From a bacterium (GTDB lineage Bacteria > Actinomycetota > Acidimicrobiia > Spongiisociales > JAENVV01): a stretch of DNA of 64,000 nucleotides. The stretch spans positions 32,174 to 96,173 of the forward strand of contig JAHEDI010000009.1 in assembly GCA_024641305.1 (NCBI GenBank). The letters are read 5' to 3'. Both the position numbers and the translations under genes were made by a program. Shown here piece by piece: positions 39,248-47,677 of this stretch. Below the pieces are notes generated by a model. The model made no database searches and was not told the origin of the DNA. It worked only from the letters and a program-made list of their open reading frames with translations. Within the stretch, counting starts at the first letter, position 1. Every line of letters starts with the position of its first letter.

Positions 39248-40612
39248 ATGAAACCAACAAGAATGGTCGGGTTCGTCGTCATATTGGCGATGACCCTGGC
39301 GGCCTGTTCCGGCGATTCCGGGACGACGACAACGGCAGCGGCTGCAACGCCGACCACCAGTGGCACTCCGGCAACAACCCAGGGTAATTCGACAACGACG
39401 GTGGGCGGAACCGCCACCACCGTTGCACCTGGTGATAATCCACTCGCCGCTTACGGCGAGAGCACCAATGCTGATCCTGCCCTTGTGTTGAAGGCCATGG
39501 GCCCGATCGACGCTCCGGTAGGCGATCCGGCGTATGACATCATCCTGGCAGCAATCGCCCGGGCGAATCAGGACCTTGATCAGGCCACGATCGACAAGGC
39601 GCTTGAGTGCTGGAACGCGCCGGAGTGCGATACCGGCAGTGGCGGAGAACTGATTATGGGCTTTGCCGACGGAGGTGGGCACCTCAACGTCTGGCGTGGG
39701 GTTACGCACATGGAAGCCATCCTCCAGGCGCTTACCTATCCCGAGATCGGCACCATCGTCTCAACTGAAGCCCTGTGGAATGCCGATACCTCGGTGGCTG
39801 CCAACGACATCGACTTCCTGGTCCAGCGTGGCGCCGACTTCATCACCGGCTACCCGGACGCCGGAGTCGCGATCGGAGACGCCATCAAGGCGGCTACCGC
39901 GGCGGGCGTCCCCTATATCCCGTGGTCGGCAGGTTGGGTGGGCTTGCCCGGCCAGGATGGAGCCCTCGTACCCGGACAGGACTACCTCACCGTGGTCGGA
40001 GAAAACCTATGTGCACTCGGAGAGAGCATGGCAAAGGTCCTCAACGACAACGTCGTGGAAGGCAAAGTCGGGGTCCTTGGTGGGACACCTGGCAATGCCC
40101 TTTCCCTGGGATGGCAACAGTGCCTAACCCCGGCACTCAATTCAGGGATTCAGCAGGTCGGTGAACCGGCTGATACCTACTGGGTGAATGACATTGCCCT
40201 GCAGGTCGTTCTCGGATGGCTGTCCACTGACCCCGATATCAAGGGTTACGCCTATGAATACTCCGACGGCATGAACACCGCGTTGCAGGCCTACGACCAA
40301 TTGGGCGTCCCTGTCAAGAATCTGACGCTCGCAATGCGCACCGATGAACAGACCTTGTTCTGCGACTGGGTAAGTCGAAATGAACCGACCTACAACATCT
40401 GGTATTCCGCTGGAGGGAACTTCCAGTCCCGGGTGGCGGTGACTGCAGCAATGATGTATCTCAAGGGTGCCGAGATCCCATCCCAGATCGACGTTCCTCA
40501 CGTGATGCGTCAGGTCACGGCTGCAGACTGCAAGGCGGATCGGGCGACGCCTGCGGTGTCGGGCACATCGCTTGTGCCGGACGGGGTCCTGGCCCTCATG
40601 TTCGGTAACTAA
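39248..40612 (+). CDS. CUT2 ABC substrate-binding lipoprotein with Thr-rich linker
   Basis: Lipobox LAAC, about 40-aa Thr/Ala linker, periplasmic-binding-protein type I pattern (DIDFLVQRGADFI, VGVLGGTPGN). Confidence 0.82.
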   Translation: MKPTRMVGFVVILAMTLAACSGDSGTTTTAAAATPTTSGTPATTQGNSTTTVGGTATTVAPGDNPLAAYGESTNADPALVLKAMGPIDAPVGDPAYDIILAAIARANQDLDQATIDKALECWNAPECDTGSGGELIMGFADGGGHLNVWRGVTHMEAILQALTYPEIGTIVSTEALWNADTSVAANDIDFLVQRGADFITGYPDAGVAIGDAIKAATAAGVPYIPWSAGWVGLPGQDGALVPGQDYLTVVGENLCALGESMAKVLNDNVVEGKVGVLGGTPGNALSLGWQQCLTPALNSGIQQVGEPADTYWVNDIALQVVLGWLSTDPDIKGYAYEYSDGMNTALQAYDQLGVPVKNLTLAMRTDEQTLFCDWVSRNEPTYNIWYSAGGNFQSRVAVTAAMMYLKGAEIPSQIDVPHVMRQVTAADCKADRATPAVSGTSLVPDGVLALMFGN

Positions 40613-42207
40613 TGAACAACGGCAACCCCATAGGAGAGTCGACTGACGAGGCCCTGGTCCTTGAGTTGAGCGGCGTGTCCCGACAGTTCGGGGCCGTTCG
40701 AGCACTGAGCAATGTCAGTTTCGACTGCCGGCCCGGAGAAGTTCACGCCCTCGTTGGCGAGAACGGCTCAGGCAAGTCGACCCTCCTCGGGGTTGCCAGC
40801 GGGTTCGTCGACCCCGATCTGGGCAAAGTCCAGATCGGGGGCAGAACCCTCCGCCGAGATTCTCCTGCGCTGGCTCGCAAACTTGGCCTGGCGATGGCCT
40901 ATCAAGACACCTCGTTGATCCAGGCCGAACCGGTCAAGAACAACCTGTTCCTTGCAGCTCCACCAGGAAAACGGCCGCCCTACTGGAGACGTAAGAAATG
41001 GGCGCGCAGACTGCTGGGCGAGTTCGACCTCGACATGGAACTCTTTCCTGATTCGCCGGCCGGCTTCCTTACGTTGGCCGAACGACAGTTGTTCGAGGTG
41101 GCCAAAGCACTCGTATCGGACCCCAAAGTGATTCTTCTCGACGAACCAACAACGGCCCTCGGGCCTGATGAGGTGGATTCTCTCCATCGGACTATTGCAC
41201 GATGCCGCGATCAAGGAATCGGCGTCGTCTATGTAAGCCACCGACTGCCTGAAGTCCTTGAGATTGCCGACCGGATCACCGTATTGCGAGATGGCGAGAC
41301 GCAAGGCACGTTTGATGCCAGGACCACCACCGAACATGAGTTGGTCGACCTGATTGTCGGTCGGCCTTTCGAGGCGGCTTTCCCACAGCCGTCTGTAGCC
41401 GTACATGAGCAAAAAGACGTCCTGGTTGTCGAAGCTTTGCAGGGCCAGTCGTTCGGACCAGTCAGCTTCACCCTTGAGAGCGGAGAGGTTGTTGGGATTG
41501 CAGGAGCCGAAGGCAACGGACAACCACAACTGTTCGACACCTTGTCAGGCAGAACCCCACCGCGTGCCGGCCGGGTCACCGTTGATGGTAGGGATCTGAC
41601 CTTGATCTCAACGCACGAAGCAATCGAAGCAGGGATCATGCTGCTGCCCGGCGACCGCAAAAACGAGGCCCTTATGACGGTGCTCGGCGTCAGAGTGAAT
41701 GCCACTGTTCAGTCAATTCGCCAATTCAGGCGGCTCTTCTTCCTTCGCCGGCGAGCCGAACGCCGAGCGGTTGGCAAACTCGTTGAGGAGCTCGAAATCC
41801 GCACACCCTCTCTCGAACAGCCGGTCGAGTTTCTCTCCGGAGGCAATCAGCAGAAGGTCGCCGTGTCACGTACATTTCTCAAGAAACCTTCAGTCATCCT
41901 TGCTTACGAGCCCACCCAAGGGGTCGATGTCGGCTCCCGTTTCGACATCTATAAGGCACTGAGGGCGCGCACCAATGATGGGGCCGTGCTTCTGGTCAAG
42001 TCGAGCGACCCGCTCGAGCTCGCCGGGTTGTGCGATCGTGTGCTGGTGTTGTCTCGCGGCCAGATCATTGAAGAAATCCCGGGCGACGAACTCGATGAGG
42101 TCCGGATCGTCGAGGCCATCGTCCGCGGCCCAGGCTTGTCCAGATCCGGGCAATCGTCATTAGGCGTCGCGATGCCGAAGGCCCCTACCCACTCTGATGC
42201 GCCATGA
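40612..42207 (+). CDS. CUT2 (RbsA-like) ABC ATP-binding protein with two NBDs
   Basis: GENGSGKST, LLDEPTT, YVSHRLPEV, LSGGNQQKV and SSDPLEL. Confidence 0.92.
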   Translation: MNNGNPIGESTDEALVLELSGVSRQFGAVRALSNVSFDCRPGEVHALVGENGSGKSTLLGVASGFVDPDLGKVQIGGRTLRRDSPALARKLGLAMAYQDTSLIQAEPVKNNLFLAAPPGKRPPYWRRKKWARRLLGEFDLDMELFPDSPAGFLTLAERQLFEVAKALVSDPKVILLDEPTTALGPDEVDSLHRTIARCRDQGIGVVYVSHRLPEVLEIADRITVLRDGETQGTFDARTTTEHELVDLIVGRPFEAAFPQPSVAVHEQKDVLVVEALQGQSFGPVSFTLESGEVVGIAGAEGNGQPQLFDTLSGRTPPRAGRVTVDGRDLTLISTHEAIEAGIMLLPGDRKNEALMTVLGVRVNATVQSIRQFRRLFFLRRRAERRAVGKLVEELEIRTPSLEQPVEFLSGGNQQKVAVSRTFLKKPSVILAYEPTQGVDVGSRFDIYKALRARTNDGAVLLVKSSDPLELAGLCDRVLVLSRGQIIEEIPGDELDEVRIVEAIVRGPGLSRSGQSSLGVAMPKAPTHSDAP

Positions 42208-44675
42208 CAAGCCAGTACCAACCAACTGGACCAATAGAGGCGGCCCGGCAAGCGGTCCGAAAGGTTGTGCGCAACGCACGTGACAAGAACAAGTGGCGCA
42301 AGGTCGTCAAGGTCCGCCTGTGGATGCCCATTGCGCTCCAGCTCTTGCTGATCGGTGCGCTGCTCTGGTACACGAGTTCCCGTTTCGACGGGTTCCTCAA
42401 CGGCACGAACGTCACCAATGTCCTCGTGATCGCGATTCCACTGGCGATAGCGGCCATGGCCCAGACGCACGCTCTACTCGTTGGCTACCTGGACCTTTCG
42501 GTTGGGGCCATGATCAGCCTGGGTGTTGTCGTCGCCTCATACCTCATCGTGCCCAACTCGTCTCCGACACAAATCATGATCGGAGTCGGGGCGATACTCC
42601 TGATCGGCGTCGTCGTGGGCCTCGTCAACGCCGGTCTGGTTCGGGGAGTGAGGATCCCATCGATCATCGCCACCCTGGCCACGTTGAGCATCCTCGATGG
42701 CATCTCGTTGACGTTGCGAGAGACACCGAGTGGCACCATTAATCCAGGCTTCGTCTCGGGCCTCAAATCGAGTGCCGGATCGGTTCCGATCGCTTTCATC
42801 GCGGTGGTGGTTGTCGCCATCCTGCTCGACTATTGGCTTCACGCAACCGGCTCGGGCCTGAAAGTAAGAGCCACTGGATTCGACGAACGTTCCGCAAAAC
42901 GCAGCGGCGTCCAAACCAACTGGACGCGGGTGCGTGCCCTGCTGCTCTCGGCAGTATTCGCCGCGATTGCCTCATTCTTCGTAATGTCCCGATCTCCCAT
43001 CGGAAACGCACAGATCGGCTCTAGCTTCGCGCTCAACAGCATCACCGCGGCAGTTCTCGGCGGCGCATCTCTGGCGGGCGGACGAGCCACATATGTCGGA
43101 GGGCTCATTGCCTCAGTGCTCCTGGCCCTCATCATCACCGTGCTTCCTTTCTTGGGTCTGACGCCGGATCACGGTTTGATGATTATCGGTGTACTGGTGC
43201 TGCTCGGGATCATTCTGTTCCAGGTGGGCGACATCAAGGAGTTGGTCAAGAGGAATTTCAGACGGGCGCGTCGTTTGGCCTTAGGAAGCAATCTCGTCGC
43301 CGACACAGAGTTACCGACGTTGTACCCATCGGGAATCGATTTCAGCATCGTCTCTACGGGACGAAAGCTGATCAAGGGCGGGACGGTGCTCTCTCTTGAT
43401 CCGACCATCGGTGATTTGAGCAACGGAGATGTTCTCATCGAAGGCGACAAAATCGTCGAGGTTGGCAGAAACCTTGTCGCCGGGGATGCCGAGATCGTCG
43501 ACGCCTCGGGGATGATCGTCATGCCAGGGTTCGTGGACAGTCACCGTCACATTTGGGAAGGCGTTCTGCGCAACATCGGGACCGACGTACCACTTGAAGG
43601 CAGAGTCAGCTACATCTCGTTCATCCTCCGGACACTGGCTCCGGCCTATCGACCTCAAGATGTCTACGCAGGCAACATGGTGTCAGCAGTCGGCGCCATC
43701 GATGCCGGTATCACGACCCTCCTCGACTGGTCCCACATCCAGAGTTCTCCCGCTCATACCGACGCAGCAGTCCAGGCACTTCAAGATTCCGGACTGAGAG
43801 CTGTATTCGCTTACGGGTTCCCATGGTGGGGCAAGTGGGAGGAACGTCAACCGAGCTGGTTCGTGCGCGCCGCCAACGAGTATTTCTCTTCACAGGATCA
43901 ACTGCTCACGCTTGCCCTGGCTGCTCCCGGACCCGAATTCACGGATTTCGAGGTGGCGAGAGATCACTGGAAGCTAGCCAGGGAATCAAGCGCGAGACTG
44001 ACCGCTCATGTTGGCGTCGGGAGTTACGGCCAGGACGCCAAGGTCCAGGAAATGGGAGAAGCCGGGCTACTTGGACCCGACACCACATACATACATTGCA
44101 CCACCCTGAACGACACTGAGATCCAAATGATCGTCGACAGCGGCGGCACCGTGTCACTGGCGTCACCGGTGGAGATGATGATGGGACACGGCATGCCCCC
44201 GATCCAGAAGTTCCTTGACCGCGGACTGAAACCCAGTCTGAGCATTGATGTCGAGACCAACGTACCTTCGGACATGTTCAACCAGATGCGCTCAGTTTTG
44301 GCCCTCCAGCGAACCCTGGCCATCGCCCAGGACCGAGACCCTCTTGCGGCTCGTGAGATCCTCAGCTGGGCGACGATGGAAGGCGCCAAGGCCAACGGCT
44401 TGGACTCAAAGGTCGGCAGTCTCAGTCCGGGGAAGCAAGCAGACATCATTATGTTGCGTACCGACCGGATGAACGTGACTCCGCTCAACGATCCGGCAAC
44501 CGCGGTCGTATTGGGTATGGACACGGGAAACGTCGATACCGTCCTGGTTGCCGGCCGCGTCATGAAACAAGGCGGAAGGCTGCTGCATGTCGACTGGAGT
44601 GCGGTGCGGCAAATGGTCCTCGAATCTCGTGACTACCTGATCGACAAATCGGGCTTCAAGCTTCCCAAGATCTAG
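42204..44675 (+). CDS. Fusion: CUT2 ABC permease (aa 1-345) + metal-dependent amidohydrolase (aa ~386-823)
   Basis: One uninterrupted 823-aa ORF. Permease motifs YLDLSVG and ITAAVLGGASLAGG; amidohydrolase motifs VMPGFVDSHRH, TAH, YIHC, SIDVE and GSLSPGKQADI. Confidence 0.88.
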   Translation: MTSQYQPTGPIEAARQAVRKVVRNARDKNKWRKVVKVRLWMPIALQLLLIGALLWYTSSRFDGFLNGTNVTNVLVIAIPLAIAAMAQTHALLVGYLDLSVGAMISLGVVVASYLIVPNSSPTQIMIGVGAILLIGVVVGLVNAGLVRGVRIPSIIATLATLSILDGISLTLRETPSGTINPGFVSGLKSSAGSVPIAFIAVVVVAILLDYWLHATGSGLKVRATGFDERSAKRSGVQTNWTRVRALLLSAVFAAIASFFVMSRSPIGNAQIGSSFALNSITAAVLGGASLAGGRATYVGGLIASVLLALIITVLPFLGLTPDHGLMIIGVLVLLGIILFQVGDIKELVKRNFRRARRLALGSNLVADTELPTLYPSGIDFSIVSTGRKLIKGGTVLSLDPTIGDLSNGDVLIEGDKIVEVGRNLVAGDAEIVDASGMIVMPGFVDSHRHIWEGVLRNIGTDVPLEGRVSYISFILRTLAPAYRPQDVYAGNMVSAVGAIDAGITTLLDWSHIQSSPAHTDAAVQALQDSGLRAVFAYGFPWWGKWEERQPSWFVRAANEYFSSQDQLLTLALAAPGPEFTDFEVARDHWKLARESSARLTAHVGVGSYGQDAKVQEMGEAGLLGPDTTYIHCTTLNDTEIQMIVDSGGTVSLASPVEMMMGHGMPPIQKFLDRGLKPSLSIDVETNVPSDMFNQMRSVLALQRTLAIAQDRDPLAAREILSWATMEGAKANGLDSKVGSLSPGKQADIIMLRTDRMNVTPLNDPATAVVLGMDTGNVDTVLVAGRVMKQGGRLLHVDWSAVRQMVLESRDYLIDKSGFKLPKI

Positions 44676-44732
44676 CGCTGCGGCACCATTCCGGACAACA
44701 TGCTCCGAACGCAAGAAAAACTTCTCGTGGCG

Positions 44733-44760
44733 CGTCGAATCTGAGCGATGGGCAGCGTCT
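44733..44760 (+). promoter_or_regulatory. ECF-type promoter copy 1, CGTCGAATC-N13-GCGTCT
   Basis: Ends 27 nt before the ATG at 44788. Same motif and spacing at 46045-46072. Confidence 0.65.
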
Positions 44761-44787
44761 TTCCTTGCAACGACGAAAGGTTTCACG

Positions 44788-45462
44788 ATGAAGACAAAGG
44801 TTCTGAGCACGGTGGCCGTGTTCGCGATTGTGATCGGGGCGGCGGGCGCAGCTTTCGCCGGGGACGGCCTATCAACTGGTCTATATGAGGTGGACGTGCC
44901 AGGGATCGGGACCGTCGTTCTCACCGTCGCAGACGGAGTTGTCGAGGTCACCACGGTTCCGGACGGTTACACCGTGGAACTCGACTCCGACGACGATTCG
45001 GAATTCTTGATCCTCGACGCGGCAGGCGACACGGCTCTCAAGATCGAGTTCGAAGGTGATGAGCTGGAAATCAAGGCCGCCACCGCCACGCCTGGCACCC
45101 ATGTCTTCACGCTGCCGAATATCGGAACGGTAACCGTTGAGGTGGCCGCCGATGGTTCGATCACCTCGGTCGATGCTCCTGGCTTCACCGCCGAATGGGA
45201 TGATCACGGCCAGGTTACGTTCGTGTCCGAAGACGGAACGATCGAGATGCAGATCGAGATCGAAAACGGAGTCATCCAACTCCAGGTCGAGGTCGATGAC
45301 GAGTCGGATGCCGTAATTGATGACGAGTCGGACGACGATCATTCAGATAACGTGCTCTCAGACGACTCCGACGACCATGACACCGACGAAGACCACGATC
45401 GAGATAAAGGTCACGAATCAGATGACGATGATGATTCACATGACGAATCACACGACGACTGA
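44788..45462 (+). CDS. Secreted beta-rich protein (two internal repeats) with Asp/His-rich tail
   Basis: Signal peptide ending AAFA, two roughly 65-aa repeats (PGIGTVVLTVADG / PNIGTVTVEVAADG), acidic tail with 6 His. Confidence 0.8.
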   Translation: MKTKVLSTVAVFAIVIGAAGAAFAGDGLSTGLYEVDVPGIGTVVLTVADGVVEVTTVPDGYTVELDSDDDSEFLILDAAGDTALKIEFEGDELEIKAATATPGTHVFTLPNIGTVTVEVAADGSITSVDAPGFTAEWDDHGQVTFVSEDGTIEMQIEIENGVIQLQVEVDDESDAVIDDESDDDHSDNVLSDDSDDHDTDEDHDRDKGHESDDDDDSHDESHDD

Positions 45463-45487
45463 TCCTCGCTAAACCCAGCGACCACAG

Positions 45488-45516
45488 TGGGGGGCGGCCC
45501 AAGAAGCCGTCCCCCA
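45488..45516 (+). terminator. Rho-independent terminator-like hairpin
   Basis: TGGGGGGCGGC-N7-GCCGTCCCCCA followed by TTT, after the 45462 stop. Confidence 0.6.
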
Positions 45517-45523
45517 TTTACGC

Positions 45524-46102
45524 GTGACCGAAGATCTTGACGCCCTCGTAGCTGGAGTCGTTCAACGCGACAACCAGGCTTTCAGCCAGCTGTACGACCT
45601 GCTGGCCGATTCGCTCGCGGCTTTTGCCTTCCGGCTCGTACGAGACCGGCAGGCCGCCGAGGACGCCGTCCAACAGGCATTCATCGAACTGGCCAACGCC
45701 GCCCCCGGTTTCACGGGCGACGGTCGGAGTCTGCAAGCGTGGTTGTACAAGAGTGTTCGATTCAGCTGCCTAGACGAGTTCCGTCGCCGATCACGCCGGC
45801 CCGAAGTACCAACCGAAACGGTTCCCGAGGTTCCATTTGTCGGGTCGGACGCCGAACCCTATTCCGCCGAGCTCGCCAGCGCGATAGGCAGCCTCCCCTA
45901 CCGCCAGCAGCTCCTTCTCGATCTTCGCCATGTCCACCAGCTTTCCGGGTATGAGATGGCCGAGGTTCTTGGGATGACAAGACCGGCCGCGTACGCAGCA
46001 CTCGGCCGGGCCGAGAAGAACCTCAGAAAAGCATTCACTGATGCCGTCGAATCCATGAACCAGATGGCGTCTCTATCAGTGAAAGACGGAGAACATACGT
46101 GA
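45524..46102 (+). CDS. ECF RNA polymerase sigma-70 factor
   Basis: AFSQLYD, AAEDAVQQAF, LQAWLYK...LDEFRRR (region 2); LPYRQQ...YEMAEVLG...LGRAEKNLRK (region 4). Confidence 0.92.
   Translation: MTEDLDALVAGVVQRDNQAFSQLYDLLADSLAAFAFRLVRDRQAAEDAVQQAFIELANAAPGFTGDGRSLQAWLYKSVRFSCLDEFRRRSRRPEVPTETVPEVPFVGSDAEPYSAELASAIGSLPYRQQLLLDLRHVHQLSGYEMAEVLGMTRPAAYAALGRAEKNLRKAFTDAVESMNQMASLSVKDGEHT
46045..46072 (+). promoter_or_regulatory. ECF-type promoter copy 2, inside the sigma gene 3' end
   Basis: CGTCGAATC-CATGAACCAGATG-GCGTCT, ending 26 nt before the anti-sigma GTG at 46099. Confidence 0.65.
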
Positions 46103-46866
46103 TCGACCCAATTGAACTGCTCAGCAGGCAAGTCCCTGCCATCTCGATTGGCGCCGAAACGCGTTCACGCCATCTTTCGCGAATTCACGCTTCGCTAGTC
46201 GCCCCCGTCGCGGGTCCTCCCGCTTCTCTATTCGACCTCCATCCGATCACAACGTCAATCGTCAACAGGTTCCGCTCGTTCGATTGGCGACAAAGGCTCA
46301 CTGCTGGCCTGGTTGCTTTCATGGTGGCAATTCCTTCAGCGGCAGTGGCCACAGAAGGCAGCCAGCCCGATACGTGGTTGTATCCGGTCAAGCTGGCTGT
46401 CGAACCGATCTGGCTCCTGGTTGACGACGAAATCGTGGCTCAGCACCGAATCGAAGAGTTGCGGCTGGCCCTGCGTGATGACCTGCCAACGGACGCCCTA
46501 CTCTCCAGAGCCGATGAGGCGGTTAACCGACTCGATCCTGACTCGATTTGGCGTGATGAGTTTGCCCTGATCGAACGCACGGTCAAGGAACGGGCCGCCG
46601 ATGTTGAAACGACGACAGACACCGAATCCAAGGCTGTGATCGATTCCCCGGTGGTCGACGAGTCCGCTGGAGCGGAGAGCTCCCCGAAGGTCGATGAGGC
46701 CACGGAGCCTGCCGGGGATGCCAACCACTCTCCAGAATCAAGCGAGATTTCCGACCCGGACGACAATGGGTCCTCGCACGACTCGGACGATTCGGACCAC
46801 GACTCGGACGACGAAACACACAGCTCAGACGATTCCCACGACGACGACCACGAGGGCGACTCATGA
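46099..46866 (+). CDS. Putative anti-sigma factor, DUF5667-like, with Asp/Ser/His-rich tail
   Basis: GTGA overlap with sigma; N-terminal helix, TM/signal segment, SQPDTWLYPVKLAVE...HRIEE pattern, acidic His-containing tail. Confidence 0.72.
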   Translation: MIDPIELLSRQVPAISIGAETRSRHLSRIHASLVAPVAGPPASLFDLHPITTSIVNRFRSFDWRQRLTAGLVAFMVAIPSAAVATEGSQPDTWLYPVKLAVEPIWLLVDDEIVAQHRIEELRLALRDDLPTDALLSRADEAVNRLDPDSIWRDEFALIERTVKERAADVETTTDTESKAVIDSPVVDESAGAESSPKVDEATEPAGDANHSPESSEISDPDDNGSSHDSDDSDHDSDDETHSSDDSHDDDHEGDS

Positions 46867-47507
46867 TCCACAAAACGATACTGATCGGCGCACTTGTGAC
46901 CCTGGCTGCCTGCTCGGGGACCGGAGCACCTGCATCAACGGCCTCGGTAGAAGGGCCCACGCCGGTCTCCACCGTCGGGGTCACTCAGACCCCGATATTC
47001 GAGACGACAACCGTCCCCGCTCTGAGCCAATTCGAGGCCGCCCTCGACTCGACGATCACGGCTGGCTCCTACGAGTTTGGCGGCCAACTGATCGCGTATG
47101 TTGGAAGCTCTACCGTCACCACCAACCTGCATGGTTGGGTCGACGGAACCAGCCAACTGATCGTCACGGAGGCCACCAGCGGGGTCGTCGAAACCCTGGT
47201 CGTAGATGGAATTGCATCGGTGACCCAAAACGGGTCAACGTCGACGGTCGATCTCGGGGCAGTCGAGAGCGCTCCTTCGTTTGACCTTCTCAACGCCATT
47301 GACATTCAGGAAGAGACACCCGGCATGGTCAAAGGAACGGTGAAAGGATCTTCAGCCGACGTTGATGCCGCCTCTGGGGACCTAAACGTGACAGTCTGGT
47401 ATTCGACCGGAATCAGCGCCTACGAGATATCGGACCCGAACGGTGCCTGGGAGCTGTCAATGACGTTCTCCAACGTTGGGACGTTTGACTCGACATCAAC
47501 TCCCTAG
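46863..47507 (+). CDS. Lipoprotein, LppX/LprAFG-like (LolA-like fold)
   Basis: Lipobox LAAC, Thr-rich linker, beta-rich domain ending LSMTFSNVG. ATGA overlap. Confidence 0.6.
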   Translation: MIHKTILIGALVTLAACSGTGAPASTASVEGPTPVSTVGVTQTPIFETTTVPALSQFEAALDSTITAGSYEFGGQLIAYVGSSTVTTNLHGWVDGTSQLIVTEATSGVVETLVVDGIASVTQNGSTSTVDLGAVESAPSFDLLNAIDIQEETPGMVKGTVKGSSADVDAASGDLNVTVWYSTGISAYEISDPNGAWELSMTFSNVGTFDSTSTP

Positions 47508-47677
47508 GCATCGCCAGGGCGTACCCGTTGGGCGGCCAGTACTCACCCTCGGATTGACGAAAACGATGCCCGTCTGGGACCGCGCAGCCTGAAGGCGCGA
47601 GTATATTCAACCATGTCCCCGCCAGGTCGATTCAGATCAAAGGGCGGCAAGATTCCATATGCAACAAGGAGATTCGA

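Noticed and set aside
41890-41930. Walker B Asp-to-Tyr (ILAYEPT) in NBD2 as a sign of pseudogenisation
   Set aside because: CUT2 ATPases have one degenerate site; NBD1 Walker A/B and the NBD2 signature are intact.
45290-45462. GAC/GAT-rich repeats as a CRISPR array or tandem DNA repeat
   Set aside because: Explained by the Asp-rich coding tail; no constant repeat-spacer structure.
47626-47652. Possible third copy of the ECF promoter before the EEP gene (GTCGATTC-N13-GCAAGA)
   Set aside because: The -10 element does not match GCGTCT.
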